From the NCBI GenBank assembly GCA_030531505.1, contig JAUNNH010000004.1:71584-135583 (forward strand): 64,000 bases of DNA, in the 5' to 3' direction. Below the pieces are notes generated by a model, which ran no database searches, was not told the DNA's origin, and saw only the letters and a list, made by a program, of their open reading frames with translations. Source of the stretch: Eubacteriales bacterium. GTDB lineage: Bacteria > Bacillota > Clostridia > Oscillospirales > Oscillospiraceae. Below, one piece after another: positions 10,716-19,294 of the stretch (position 1 is the first letter of the stretch; the number at the start of each line of letters is the position of its first letter). Position numbers and translations under genes: made by a program.

Positions 10716-12491
10716 ATGAAGAAACTCTTTTCGTTCGTTCTGATCCTGGCGCTCATGCTCACGCTGGCCGCGGCCGCTTCGGCCGATCCCATGGTGCTCT
10801 ATGCAGCGCATGACGGTGTGAGGGTCTACGCGGAGACGAACACGGCTTCCCAGGTCTATAAAACCCTGCCGCAGGGCGATCCCGTCCTGATCGAGCAGTC
10901 TGCCTCGGGCTGGTATGCGACGCTGGTCGAGGACCCCGCCGGCGGTCAGACGCTCGGTTGGATCCAGGCGGCCGACCTGGTCACGACGCCGCCCTGCAGC
11001 CACAGCTGGGGCCCCTGGACGGTTCAGACGGCTGCGACCTGCACGGAGAAGGGCGTCCAGATCAGCACCTGCACGATGTGCGGAGAGACGCAGACGCAGG
11101 CGATCGAAAAGATCCCCCACAGCTACGGCGACTGGATCGTGCGCCGCTCTGCGACCTGCACGCAGACGGGCGAGATGTTCCGCACCTGCAAGGTCTGCGG
11201 CGTTGAGCAGACGCAGGTGATCGAAAAGCTTCCGCACGACTACGGTGATTGGACCGTGCGCCGCGCACCCACCTGCACGCGGGAGGGCGAGCGCGTCCAC
11301 TGGTGCAAGGCCTGCGGCGCTGAGCAGACCAAGGCGATCGACAAGGTCCCCCATACGTATGGCGACTGGACGGTCCTGCGTGAGCCGACCTGCGTGCAGA
11401 AGGGCGAACGCGGCCACTGGTGCACGGTCTGCGGCCATGAGGAGACCGAGAAGATCCCCAAGCTCCCGCACGACTTCGGCCCGTGGGAGGTCACGGTCGA
11501 GACGACCGATCATTCCGCGGGTCAGCGGCAGCGCGTCTGCCAGTATTGCGGCGAGACTGAGAAGGAGTCCTTCGATCCTGAAGGGACGCTGCGCCGCAAG
11601 GCCAAGGGCGATGCCGTGAGAGAGATCCAGCAGCTGCTGGCCGACCAGGGCTATCTGAAAAAGAAGGGTGTGGACGGTTCTTACGGCAGCGGTACGGAGA
11701 CCGCGATCAAGCTCTTCCAGAAGGACCAGGGCCTTGTGCCGGACGGCGTGGCCTGGCCGCAGACCATTGAAGCGCTCCGCCACGAGTTCGGCGCCTGGGA
11801 AACGGTCACAGAGCTCAGCCGTTTCAGCGACGGAGAGGATATGCGCGTCTGCGCAAAGTGCGGCTTTGAGGAACATGTGTTCACCAAGGCGGAGCCCAGC
11901 CTGCGCCGCGGCGACAAGGGCAAGGGCGTCCGCTGCGTCCAGGAGCTGCTGACGGCGCTGGGCTATGAGTGCGGCAAGATCGACAGCTCGTACGGCGGGA
12001 AGCTTGAGAAGGCCTGGGAGGCCTTTGCGGCAGACCACGAGCTGGATATCGAGATCGACCGGATCCGGCCCGGCGATCTGGATGTGCTGGTAAACACCTG
12101 GATCGACGCGCTTCCCGAAGAAAACTGGATGGGGCAGGGCGATAAGGATTCTCCGGTGAACCTCATCCTGACGATCACGCCGGCCGGCTCGGAGGACGGG
12201 CTGTACCGCTACGACTGGGAGGTCAGCAACCTCGGCTCGAAGGACTGCCGCCTTGTGGCGCTCCTGCTCGGCTATGGCGATGACCGCGATTTCACGGCGG
12301 ACAATCTGGTTTTGGTCATGAACAGCGCCTCGCTGAAAGCGGACGGCGGCAAGAGCCGTTCCGGCAGCTTTACCGTGGCGGCAGACTGGGCGCAGGGCGC
12401 GAGCCCCGTATATGTCTGCGCCGTAGGCTGCTCGGAGGAGAGCGGCGCGGTCTGGACCAGCAACCCCGTCGCCTGCAGCCTCGACGGCTGA
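10716..12491 (+). CDS. secreted cell-wall-associated protein: signal peptide, SH3b-like domain, 5 x 39-aa Cys-rich repeats, two PG_binding_1 domains, C-terminal domain
   Basis: The signal peptide is MKKLFSFVLILALMLTLAAAASA. The repeat pattern is H-x-(Y/W/F)G-(D/P)W-x6-8-C-x9-C-x2-CG. Two peptidoglycan-binding repeats are present (GDAVREIQQLLADQGYL..., GKGVRCVQELLTALGY...). Confidence 0.75.
   Translation: MKKLFSFVLILALMLTLAAAASADPMVLYAAHDGVRVYAETNTASQVYKTLPQGDPVLIEQSASGWYATLVEDPAGGQTLGWIQAADLVTTPPCSHSWGPWTVQTAATCTEKGVQISTCTMCGETQTQAIEKIPHSYGDWIVRRSATCTQTGEMFRTCKVCGVEQTQVIEKLPHDYGDWTVRRAPTCTREGERVHWCKACGAEQTKAIDKVPHTYGDWTVLREPTCVQKGERGHWCTVCGHEETEKIPKLPHDFGPWEVTVETTDHSAGQRQRVCQYCGETEKESFDPEGTLRRKAKGDAVREIQQLLADQGYLKKKGVDGSYGSGTETAIKLFQKDQGLVPDGVAWPQTIEALRHEFGAWETVTELSRFSDGEDMRVCAKCGFEEHVFTKAEPSLRRGDKGKGVRCVQELLTALGYECGKIDSSYGGKLEKAWEAFAADHELDIEIDRIRPGDLDVLVNTWIDALPEENWMGQGDKDSPVNLILTITPAGSEDGLYRYDWEVSNLGSKDCRLVALLLGYGDDRDFTADNLVLVMNSASLKADGGKSRSGSFTVAADWAQGASPVYVCAVGCSEESGAVWTSNPVACSLDG
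10995..11573 (+). repeat. in-frame tandem coding repeat, five copies of 117 bp (39 aa)
   Basis: The His of the H-x-(Y/W/F)G-(D/P)W motif recurs every 39 residues (five times), each copy with paired CxxC-like cysteines. Confidence 0.8.
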
Positions 12492-12509
12492 GTATTTCAG
12501 TAAAAGACA

Positions 12510-12538
12510 GCCCGCCCTTCACACAAGGGCGGGCTTTT
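12510..12538 (+). terminator. rho-independent terminator
   Basis: The stem gcccgccc/gggcgggc is followed by tttt. Confidence 0.75.
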
Positions 12539-12708
12539 CCTGCGGCTGCGGCGGGGAATCGCTATTGACACGGCTTTCTGCGGCATAGTAAAATAATACA
12601 ATTGAAAAAGGAAACAAAAGCACCCGGGCGGCGCAGGAGAACGCCGGCGGCTGCTCGAGTCCTGCGCGCACGGGGCGGGACCCGGCGCACGGGTTGGGAG
12701 GATACACT

Positions 12709-14046
12709 GTGAGATTCGATCGAAAAAAAGCGGGAACAGGCATCGCCTGTCTGCTGCTCGCGCTGCTGCTTGCAGGGTGCGGCACGAAAACCGTCGAGCC
12801 GACGCTGCCGCCGGAGACCCCGGCACCCACCGTCGAGCCGACCCCGGAACCCACGCCCGAGCCGGTCGTCATCGGCGGGCGCGAAATAGAGCCCGACGCC
12901 ACGGCACTGCTGATCGTCGAAGAAGAGGCGTACCGCGATGTGCTGGAGCAGGCGGGGCGTCTGCCGGCGCTGGAGGAGGTCCGCCTGGACGGGGACGTCG
13001 CCACACCGGCCAATATCCGTGCGCTGGCGGAGCGCTGGCCGCAGCTCCAGCTCCGCTATAACCTCAGCGTCGGGGACGAGCTGGTGCCCTGGTATGCGGA
13101 GGAGCTGGACCTTTCCGCCGTGGGGCCGGAGGCGCTCTCCGCGGTCCGGGAGTTGTTCCCGCTGCTGCCGGAGCTGCGTACGGTCCGGCTTTCGGAGGAG
13201 CTCTCCTTCGGGGAGTATACCGCTCTGAAGGACCTGGCTCCGCAGATCGATTTCGACTATACCTTCACGCTCTACAAGCAGACGCTGGATACCCACACGG
13301 AGAATGTGGAATTCCGCCGTGCGGATATCGGAGAGGCGGGTCTCGAAAAGATCCGGGAGATGCTGCCCTATCTGCCGAATCTGAAACGGCTGCAGTTTGA
13401 ATACTGCGGGACGGACGACGAGATGATGGACCGTTTCCGCAGCGAAAACCCGGACCGGGAGATCGTCTGGCGCGTGGAGTCGCTGCCCGGCGGAGGCCAG
13501 ATGACGGACGCGATCCGGCTCTGGATCATCGGCGGCTACGACGACAAGCGGCTGGCTCCGCTCAAATACTGCACCAAGGTCAAGTATCTCGACATCGGAC
13601 ACAACGGGATCGAGAATCTGGATTTCCTCTATTATATGCCGGATCTGGAGGTCCTGATCGTGGAGAACGATCACGTCTCGGACATCACGGCGATCGGCAG
13701 CTGCAAGAATCTGGAATACCTGGAGGTCGGAGAGACGCGCGTGACAGACATCTCGCCTCTGGCCAACTGCACGAACCTGGTCCACCTCAACATCGGCCGC
13801 CTCCACGAGCTGACGGACATCTCGCCCCTGTACGGCCTGACGAAGCTGGAGCGCGTTTACGGCAAGTGCGATGAGAAGGTCCCGCCCGAACAGGTGGATC
13901 ATCTGCGGGAGCTCCTGCCGAACTGCGAGATCCGCTTTGAGGACGACCCCGTGGGGCCGATCTTCGGCTCCTGGCGCTTTGCGCCCGGCGGCGGCTACCA
14001 GCCGCGCTACAAGCTGCTGCACGACCAGATCGGCTATGACTGGTAA
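12709..14046 (+). CDS. lipoprotein with leucine-rich repeats (internalin-like LRR)
   Basis: The GTG start at 12709 has GGGAGGA 6 nt upstream. The lipobox is LLLAGC, followed by a Pro/Thr/Glu linker. Repeated L-x-x-L-x-(I/L/V)-x-x-x-x-(I/V)-(T/S/E)-(D/N)-(I/L) units are present (YLDIGHNGIENLDFL, LEVLIVENDHVSDITAI, LEYLEVGETRVTDISPL, LVHLNIGRLHELTDISPL). Confidence 0.75.
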   Translation: MRFDRKKAGTGIACLLLALLLAGCGTKTVEPTLPPETPAPTVEPTPEPTPEPVVIGGREIEPDATALLIVEEEAYRDVLEQAGRLPALEEVRLDGDVATPANIRALAERWPQLQLRYNLSVGDELVPWYAEELDLSAVGPEALSAVRELFPLLPELRTVRLSEELSFGEYTALKDLAPQIDFDYTFTLYKQTLDTHTENVEFRRADIGEAGLEKIREMLPYLPNLKRLQFEYCGTDDEMMDRFRSENPDREIVWRVESLPGGGQMTDAIRLWIIGGYDDKRLAPLKYCTKVKYLDIGHNGIENLDFLYYMPDLEVLIVENDHVSDITAIGSCKNLEYLEVGETRVTDISPLANCTNLVHLNIGRLHELTDISPLYGLTKLERVYGKCDEKVPPEQVDHLRELLPNCEIRFEDDPVGPIFGSWRFAPGGGYQPRYKLLHDQIGYDW

Positions 14047-14067
14047 ACGCGCAGGGAGGAGAACACG

Positions 14068-15627
14068 ATGAAACGTTTCATGCGCACTCTCCCGCCGGAG
14101 GGCGCGGGAAGGCCGGGACGGCCCGACTTTGTCGGCTGGGTCTACGGCCTGTTCATGGCGGCGACCCTGCTGATCTGCCTTTTCGGCGTAGGGCGCATCC
14201 CGCATGCGCGGGCCTATTTTGACGCGGTTTTTCTGCCCATGTGGCTGCTGCTGCCGCTTGGGCTCTGCGCGGTGCTGGTGCTTCTGGCGCTCTCCGAATG
14301 GCTCGGCCCCCGGATCCGGCATGGGCGCATCGCGCTGCTGGTCGCCTCGGTCTGCCTCTTTCTTTTCCAGGTCGCGGCGGTCACCCGGTACTATTTCTTC
14401 ACGGACTGGGATGTGGAGGCGCTGATCGACCTCTCGTATCTGCTTGTCCACGGCGGTGAGTCCGAGGGCCTCCTGCGGTATTTCTCCCGCTATCCCAATA
14501 ACCTCTTCCTCGGCTGGGTGTTCGCCCAGGTCCGCGGCGCAGCTGCCGCGCTCGGGCTGGAGCGCTTTGAATACGGGCTGCTGCTGGTCATGCAGTGCGC
14601 GCTCAACGCGCTGACCGGGGCGCTGCTGGTGCTGTTGCTCCGGGAGCTCGGCTGCGGCCGCGGAAAGCTCGTTTTCGGCTACAGCCTGTATGTGCTGCTG
14701 ATCGGGCTCTCCCCCTGGGTCTCCATCCCCTACTCCGATTCGATGTGCCTGCCCTTCCCCTGCCTCGCGGCCTGGCTCGCCCTGCGGCGGGGCAAACGGA
14801 CGGCGCCGGCGACTATCCTGCGCTGGGCGCTGGTCGGCCTGTGTGTCTGGATCGGCTACCGCATCAAACCGCAGGCGCTCTTCATCCTGCCGGCCATCCT
14901 TCTGCGGGGCCTGTTCTCCCTTCGGGAGAGCGCCGTGCGCAAGGCGGCGCTGCCCTCGCTGGGCGGCCTTGCGGCGGGGATCCTCGCGGCGGCGCTGCTG
15001 TGCAATGCGGCGGTGGACAGCCTGCAACTCCCGCTGAAGCCGGAGGCGGCCTTCGGTCCGGCCCACTTTCTCATGATGGGCCTCAACAGCGAGACGATGG
15101 GCGTCTATTCGCGGGAGGACGTGGAATTTTCCGACGCGATCCCCACCCGGCAGGAGCGCAGCGCGGCGAACCTCCGTGTCGCCGGCGAGCGGGCGCGCAC
15201 GATGGGGCTTGGCGGCCTCGCGGGCCTTGCGGTGCAAAAGACCCTGACCAACTACGGCGACGGGACTTTCTGCTGGGACGGCGAGGGGGAGTTCTACATC
15301 CGCACGCCGGAGAGAGAAGATTCCCGCTTCGGTCAGTTCTTCCGCGACCTGTATTATTCCCGCGCCTGGGAGGGCCGGTATTTCCGGCTGTGGGCGAACG
15401 CGGAGCAGCTCCTGTGGATGGCCGTGCTGCTGCTCGGCTGCGTGGGTGCCTGGCGGGCGGCGGATGCGCGGCTCGACTGCCTTATGCTTGCGATCCTCGC
15501 CCTGAGCGCCTTTGAGCTTTTGTTCGAGGCGCGGGCGCGGTATCTCTATATCTATGTCCCACTGTATATCGCGCTGGCTGTCAGCGGCCTGAGCCAGCGG
15601 CGAAAGACGGCGCCGCCGGAGGATTAA
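14068..15627 (+). CDS. large polytopic membrane protein, possibly GT-C-type (ArnT/PMT-like) glycosyltransferase
   Basis: There are at least 10 hydrophobic segments with a soluble loop/domain near the C-terminal third. The family assignment is recall-based only. Confidence 0.55.
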   Translation: MKRFMRTLPPEGAGRPGRPDFVGWVYGLFMAATLLICLFGVGRIPHARAYFDAVFLPMWLLLPLGLCAVLVLLALSEWLGPRIRHGRIALLVASVCLFLFQVAAVTRYYFFTDWDVEALIDLSYLLVHGGESEGLLRYFSRYPNNLFLGWVFAQVRGAAAALGLERFEYGLLLVMQCALNALTGALLVLLLRELGCGRGKLVFGYSLYVLLIGLSPWVSIPYSDSMCLPFPCLAAWLALRRGKRTAPATILRWALVGLCVWIGYRIKPQALFILPAILLRGLFSLRESAVRKAALPSLGGLAAGILAAALLCNAAVDSLQLPLKPEAAFGPAHFLMMGLNSETMGVYSREDVEFSDAIPTRQERSAANLRVAGERARTMGLGGLAGLAVQKTLTNYGDGTFCWDGEGEFYIRTPEREDSRFGQFFRDLYYSRAWEGRYFRLWANAEQLLWMAVLLLGCVGAWRAADARLDCLMLAILALSAFELLFEARARYLYIYVPLYIALAVSGLSQRRKTAPPED

Positions 15628-15650
15628 GCGCGGATCCGCGCGAACACGAA

Positions 15651-15683
15651 GCAGAGAGCCCGCCCTATTGGCGGGCTCTCTGC
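15651..15683 (+). terminator. strong hairpin (14-bp stem), weak U-tract
   Basis: The stem is gcagagagcccgcc/ggcgggctctctgc with a ctatt loop. Confidence 0.5.
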
Positions 15684-15793
15684 TTCGCGTGGGGTCCGTC
15701 GGCGGGCGGCACTTGAGGGATCCGCTGAAAAATGCTATACTGATACGGTATGGACAGCCGCTTCGGCGGAGGGGTCCGTACAGGAGGGACGCT

Positions 15794-17062
15794 ATGCAGA
15801 ACAACTGGTATCGACTGGATACGGCCGCGCTCATCTTCCCGGCCATCACACGGCGCGACTGGTCGAACGCCTTTCGCGTATCGGCCTGCCTGAAGGAGGA
15901 CGTGGATACGGCGATCCTGCAGCAGGCGGTGGATGCGCTGCGCCCGCGTTTTCCGTCCTATTACGTGACGCTGCACAAGGGCGTGTTCTGGTATTATCTC
16001 GAGGAGAGCCGGGAGCCAGTGCGGGTGCAGAACGACTACGCCTATCCCCTGACCTTCATGAGCAGTCGGGAGCTGAGGCATAACTGCCTGCGCGTGCTGG
16101 TGTACAAAAACCGCATCGCGGCGGAGTTCTTTCACGCGCTGACCGATGGGCACGGCGGCAGCGTCTATCTCTGCAATCTGATCGCCCGCTATCTGGAGCT
16201 GAAAGAAGGCATCGCCATCCCGCGCGGAGGACTGCTCCGGGATCTGAACGAGAGCCCGCCGCCCGAGGAGCTGGAGGACAGCTTCCTGAAGAACGCGGCG
16301 GAGGTAGCCGCCGGGCGCAGGGAGGAGCCCTCCTATCATCTGCACGGCGTCCGGGAGGAGCGCGGCTTCAAGACGCTGACCACCGGCATTGTGGAGACGC
16401 AGGCCCTGCTCGATGCCGCCCACCGCTATGGCGTCACGGTGACGGCGCTGCTCGCCGCCGTAATGGCCGAGAGCATCATCGCCATGCAGAGCGAAGAGCG
16501 GCCGCGCCGCCGCCAGCGTCCCGTAAAGATCACCATCCCGGTGGATCTGCGCCGCCTCTACGGGAGCCGGACCCTCCGGAATTTCTCTCTGGTCCTGAAC
16601 CTCGGCGTAGATCCGCGCTACGGCGACTACACGCTCGAGGAGCTCTGCCGCAGCATCTATCATCAGATAGGCGCGAACGCCACGCCCCAGAATATGGCGG
16701 GTATGATCGCCGCGAACGTGCAGCCTCAGCAGCTGGTGCCGCTGCGGCTCGCGCCGGTGTTCATCAAGGATCTGGTGATGGACGCGGTGTACCGCCGGAG
16801 CGGGGAGAGCGGTGGGAGCCTCAACGTTTCCAATATCACGAAGCTCCCGCTGCCGGAGGAGATGCTGCAGTACGTGGAGCGCATGGAATTCATCATCGGC
16901 CCGCAGCGCAGCTATCCCAACAACTGCTCCGTGATGAGCTTCGGGGGCAAGACCTATATCAACATGATCCGCAATATCCGTCAGTCCGAACTGGAGCGGC
17001 GTTTCTTCTCCCGCCTGGTGGAGCTGGGGATCGCGGTGGAGATCGAGTGCAACAGGAGATAA
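15794..17062 (+). CDS. condensation-domain-like acyltransferase (HxxxDG family, alcohol acetyltransferase/WS-DGAT-like)
   Basis: The internal start gives MQNNWYRLDTAALIFPAI. The catalytic motif FHALTDGHGG is present. The ATG is at 15794. Confidence 0.65.
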   Translation: MQNNWYRLDTAALIFPAITRRDWSNAFRVSACLKEDVDTAILQQAVDALRPRFPSYYVTLHKGVFWYYLEESREPVRVQNDYAYPLTFMSSRELRHNCLRVLVYKNRIAAEFFHALTDGHGGSVYLCNLIARYLELKEGIAIPRGGLLRDLNESPPPEELEDSFLKNAAEVAAGRREEPSYHLHGVREERGFKTLTTGIVETQALLDAAHRYGVTVTALLAAVMAESIIAMQSEERPRRRQRPVKITIPVDLRRLYGSRTLRNFSLVLNLGVDPRYGDYTLEELCRSIYHQIGANATPQNMAGMIAANVQPQQLVPLRLAPVFIKDLVMDAVYRRSGESGGSLNVSNITKLPLPEEMLQYVERMEFIIGPQRSYPNNCSVMSFGGKTYINMIRNIRQSELERRFFSRLVELGIAVEIECNRR

Positions 17063-17065
17063 GCC

Positions 17066-17752
17066 ATGTATTGTGTCAAATGCGGAGTCAAACTGCAGGA
17101 GGGCGTCGAGCGCTGCCCCCTTTGCCGGACACCGGTGTGGAACCCTGAGCCGCAGGCGGAGAGCCGGCGCTATCCCGACACGCTCCCGGAGCAGCACCGA
17201 GAGGCGGATCTGCCCGGCGCGGTGGCGCTCACGGTGATCTGTGCCGTCGCGAGCATCGTGACGCTCACGGTCTGCTTCAAGCTCTACGGGAGCCTGCGCT
17301 GGGGCGGCTATGTGATCCTGGGGCTGCTGCTGTTTTATGTGATCGCGGTGCTGCCGCGCTGGTTCCGGGAGCCGAGGGGCGAGGTTTTCGTCCCCGTCGA
17401 CCACGCCGCGGCGGCCCTGTATGTGCTGTATATCTGCCAGAAAACTGGCGGGCACTGGTTCCTGAGCTTCGCGCTGCCGGTGCTGCTGAGCAGCTGCCTG
17501 CTCTCGACGGCGATGATCTGTCTGCTCAAATACCTGAAGGGCGGGAGGATCTTTGTTCTCGGCGGCTTTCTGCTGCTGCTGGGCGGCTTTACGGTGCTGG
17601 TGGAATTCTTCGAGCACCTCAGCTTCGGTACGGAGATGTTCCGCTGGAGCCTGTACTCCCTGGCGGGCTTCGGCTCGGTGGGGCTGTTCTTCCTGGTCGC
17701 CGGCATGATCCCCTCGCTGCGGCAGGGGATCCGGAAGAGGTTTTTCTTCTGA
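17066..17752 (+). CDS. zinc-ribbon membrane protein
   Basis: The N-terminus MYCVKCGVKL...CPLC is a zinc ribbon, followed by about 5 TM segments. The gap to the upstream acyltransferase is 3 nt. Confidence 0.65.
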   Translation: MYCVKCGVKLQEGVERCPLCRTPVWNPEPQAESRRYPDTLPEQHREADLPGAVALTVICAVASIVTLTVCFKLYGSLRWGGYVILGLLLFYVIAVLPRWFREPRGEVFVPVDHAAAALYVLYICQKTGGHWFLSFALPVLLSSCLLSTAMICLLKYLKGGRIFVLGGFLLLLGGFTVLVEFFEHLSFGTEMFRWSLYSLAGFGSVGLFFLVAGMIPSLRQGIRKRFFF

Positions 17753-17761
17753 GAGGGCGCC

Positions 17762-18595
17762 ATGGGAAAGCACCTGTTTTTGACCGAAAAACGGAAAATC
17801 CCCGTCGGGGATCACAGCATCCGGCTTCTGATCCTCCGCCCGCTGGAGCGGCGTGAGGAGCGCGTGCCGGGCGTGCTGTGGGTCCACGGCGGCGGCTATC
17901 AGTCGGGCTCCGCGAAGGACATCTTCGCGACCCGGGCCCTCTCGCTCGTGGTCAAGTTCGGCGCGGTGCTGGTCGCGCCGGATTACCGCCTCTCCAAAAA
18001 ACACCCCTACCCGGCGGCCCTCCACGACTGCTGGGCGGCGCTGCTGTATCTCAAGGAGCACGCGGAGGAGCTGGGCGTGCGTTCGGATCAGCTCATGGTG
18101 GGCGGCGAGAGCGCGGGCGGCGGCATGGCCGCGGCGCTGTGCATGCTGGCGCGCGACCGGGGCGAGGTGAACATCGCCTTCCAGATGCCGCTCTACCCCA
18201 TGCTTGACGACCGGGACACCCCCTCCTCGGCGGACAACCACGCGCCGAACTGGAACAGCAAGCGCAACCGCAAGGCCTGGAAGCGCTATCTGCGCGCAGC
18301 CTACGGGACGGATCTGGTCCCTTGCTATGCGGCGCCGGCCCGCTGTACGGATTACCGCGGCCTGCCGCCCTGCTATACCTTTGTGGGCGATATCGAGCCG
18401 TTTTACTGCGAAACGGTGGAATACGTCCGCCGTCTGCAGGAAGCGGGCGTGCGCGCGGCCGTCGACGTCTACCCGGGCTGGTTCCATGCCTATGATCTCT
18501 TCTTCCCGGCCAAAAAGATCGTGCGCGAGGCGATCGCGCGCTTCGAGGAACAGGTGCAGTACGCCATGGAGCACGACTTCGCCCCGCAGCGGTAG
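17762..18595 (+). CDS. alpha/beta hydrolase, esterase/lipase (HSL family)
   Basis: The oxyanion motif WVHGGGY and the nucleophile elbow GESAGG are present. Confidence 0.85.
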   Translation: MGKHLFLTEKRKIPVGDHSIRLLILRPLERREERVPGVLWVHGGGYQSGSAKDIFATRALSLVVKFGAVLVAPDYRLSKKHPYPAALHDCWAALLYLKEHAEELGVRSDQLMVGGESAGGGMAAALCMLARDRGEVNIAFQMPLYPMLDDRDTPSSADNHAPNWNSKRNRKAWKRYLRAAYGTDLVPCYAAPARCTDYRGLPPCYTFVGDIEPFYCETVEYVRRLQEAGVRAAVDVYPGWFHAYDLFFPAKKIVREAIARFEEQVQYAMEHDFAPQR

Positions 18596-18648
18596 GCGGG
18601 GACGATGCGGCGAAGCAGGAAGAAAGCCGCCTGAAGAGGCAAAAGAAT

Positions 18649-18693
18649 AACGACCATAGCGAGCTTCTTGCCCGATATGGTCGTTTTCTTTTT
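18649..18693 (+). terminator. rho-independent terminator
   Basis: The stem aacgaccata/tatggtcgtt is followed by ttttcttttt. Confidence 0.6.
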
Positions 18694-18757
18694 GCTTCCA
18701 GGAACAGGTGAAAAACTGCCCGCAACAGTCTCTGGAATCAGAAACCGCTGCGGGTTC

Positions 18758-19039
18758 TGGCGGAGATGGAGAGATTCGGCTGCATGTTTCGCAGGGGAGC
18801 GGCGCGGGGATACCGGGTACTGTTCGGTGCGAAACATAGAGGAGTTCACCAGTGTGCGCACTGGTGAACGCACAGGCCCCCGGCCTGTGCGGACATGATT
18901 CGAATCTCTGTCCGCTTCGTCCAAAGAGCGCAGCCCCGACTTGCATGGGGCGGGCCGGGAGGGGATTGTGTATTCCCTCCCGGCAAATCGAGCGAAGCGG
19001 ATAGACCCGGCGCACAGCGCCGGCTCTCCATCTCCGCCA
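18758..19039. other. 282-bp highly structured element with 16-bp terminal inverted repeats copied from the tRNA-Ser 3' end (candidate tRNA-like ncRNA, MITE or att relic)
   Basis: 18758-18778 is identical to 19074-19094, and 19024-19039 is the inverted copy. The interior has multiple perfect hairpins (for example 18844-18854/18859-18869 and 18870-18878/18882-18890). See findings. Confidence 0.4.
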
Positions 19040-19043
19040 AAAG

Positions 19044-19073
19044 AAAAGCCCGCCTTTCGGCGGGTTTTTCTTT
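19044..19073. terminator. bidirectional terminator shared by tRNA-Ser and the neighbouring structured element
   Basis: The stem gcccgcc/ggcgggt has a tttc loop, with A-rich sequence on the left and T-rich on the right. It is the centre of a palindrome with arms of about 31 bp. Confidence 0.75.
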
Positions 19074-19165
19074 TGGCGGAGATGGAGAGATTCGAACTCT
19101 CGAGGAGCTTTTGACCCCTACACGATTTCCAATCGTGCGCGCTCGACCAACTACGCGACATCTCC
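19074..19165 (-). tRNA. tRNA-Ser (anticodon GGA), class II with long variable arm, CCA encoded
   Basis: The reverse complement folds as acceptor GGAGATG/CATCTCC, anticodon stem CACGA/TCGTG with loop TTGGAAA, a long variable arm, and T-arm GAGAG-TTCGAAT-CTCTC, ending GCCA. Confidence 0.93.
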
Positions 19166-19294
19166 GTGTGTTGCTCAAGATCTCTTCTGTTCACTTGTCA
19201 GCCCGCATATTATAATGCACAGGCGCGGCAAAAGTCAAGGAATATTTTTGTATTCCCGAAAAATACTAAGCGCATGAAAAAGGAGGGGAAAACG

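Noticed and set aside
12562-15849. A 1095-aa minus-strand ORF, with similar giant ORFs at 15665..19015 (-), 1788..4310 (+), 7857..9296 (-), 10632..12038 (-), 20876..22402 (-), 22466..23482 (-), 23552..24715 (-), 24833..26398 (+), 27563..29104 (-), 29143..30420 (-), 33194..34420 (-), 35284..36396 (-), 55616..57169 (-) and 62417..63985 (-).
   Set aside because: They lie antisense to, or out of frame with, genes that have clear family motifs. They have extreme Arg/Gly/Ala/Pro/His/Asp composition, no recognisable motifs and no SD-start context. They are classic shadow ORFs of GC-rich coding DNA.
18758-19039. Possibility that the structured element is tmRNA, RNase P RNA, SRP RNA or 6S RNA.
   Set aside because: - There is no tag-peptide reading frame and no T-arm adjacent to the 3' acceptor strand, which argues against tmRNA.
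- There is no GAGGAAAGTCC P4 motif (RNase P).
- There is no GGTCCGGAAGGAAGCAGC helix-8 motif (SRP).
- The architecture is multi-hairpin rather than one long interrupted helix (6S).
- This rests on motif recall only and needs cmscan confirmation.
18490-19215. ORFs overlapping the tRNA-Ser gene and the structured element (18490..19194 -, 18846..19178 -, 18895..19215 +, 18668..18898 +).
   Set aside because: They run through a tRNA gene, a terminator palindrome and a hairpin-dense segment. Their composition is not protein-like.
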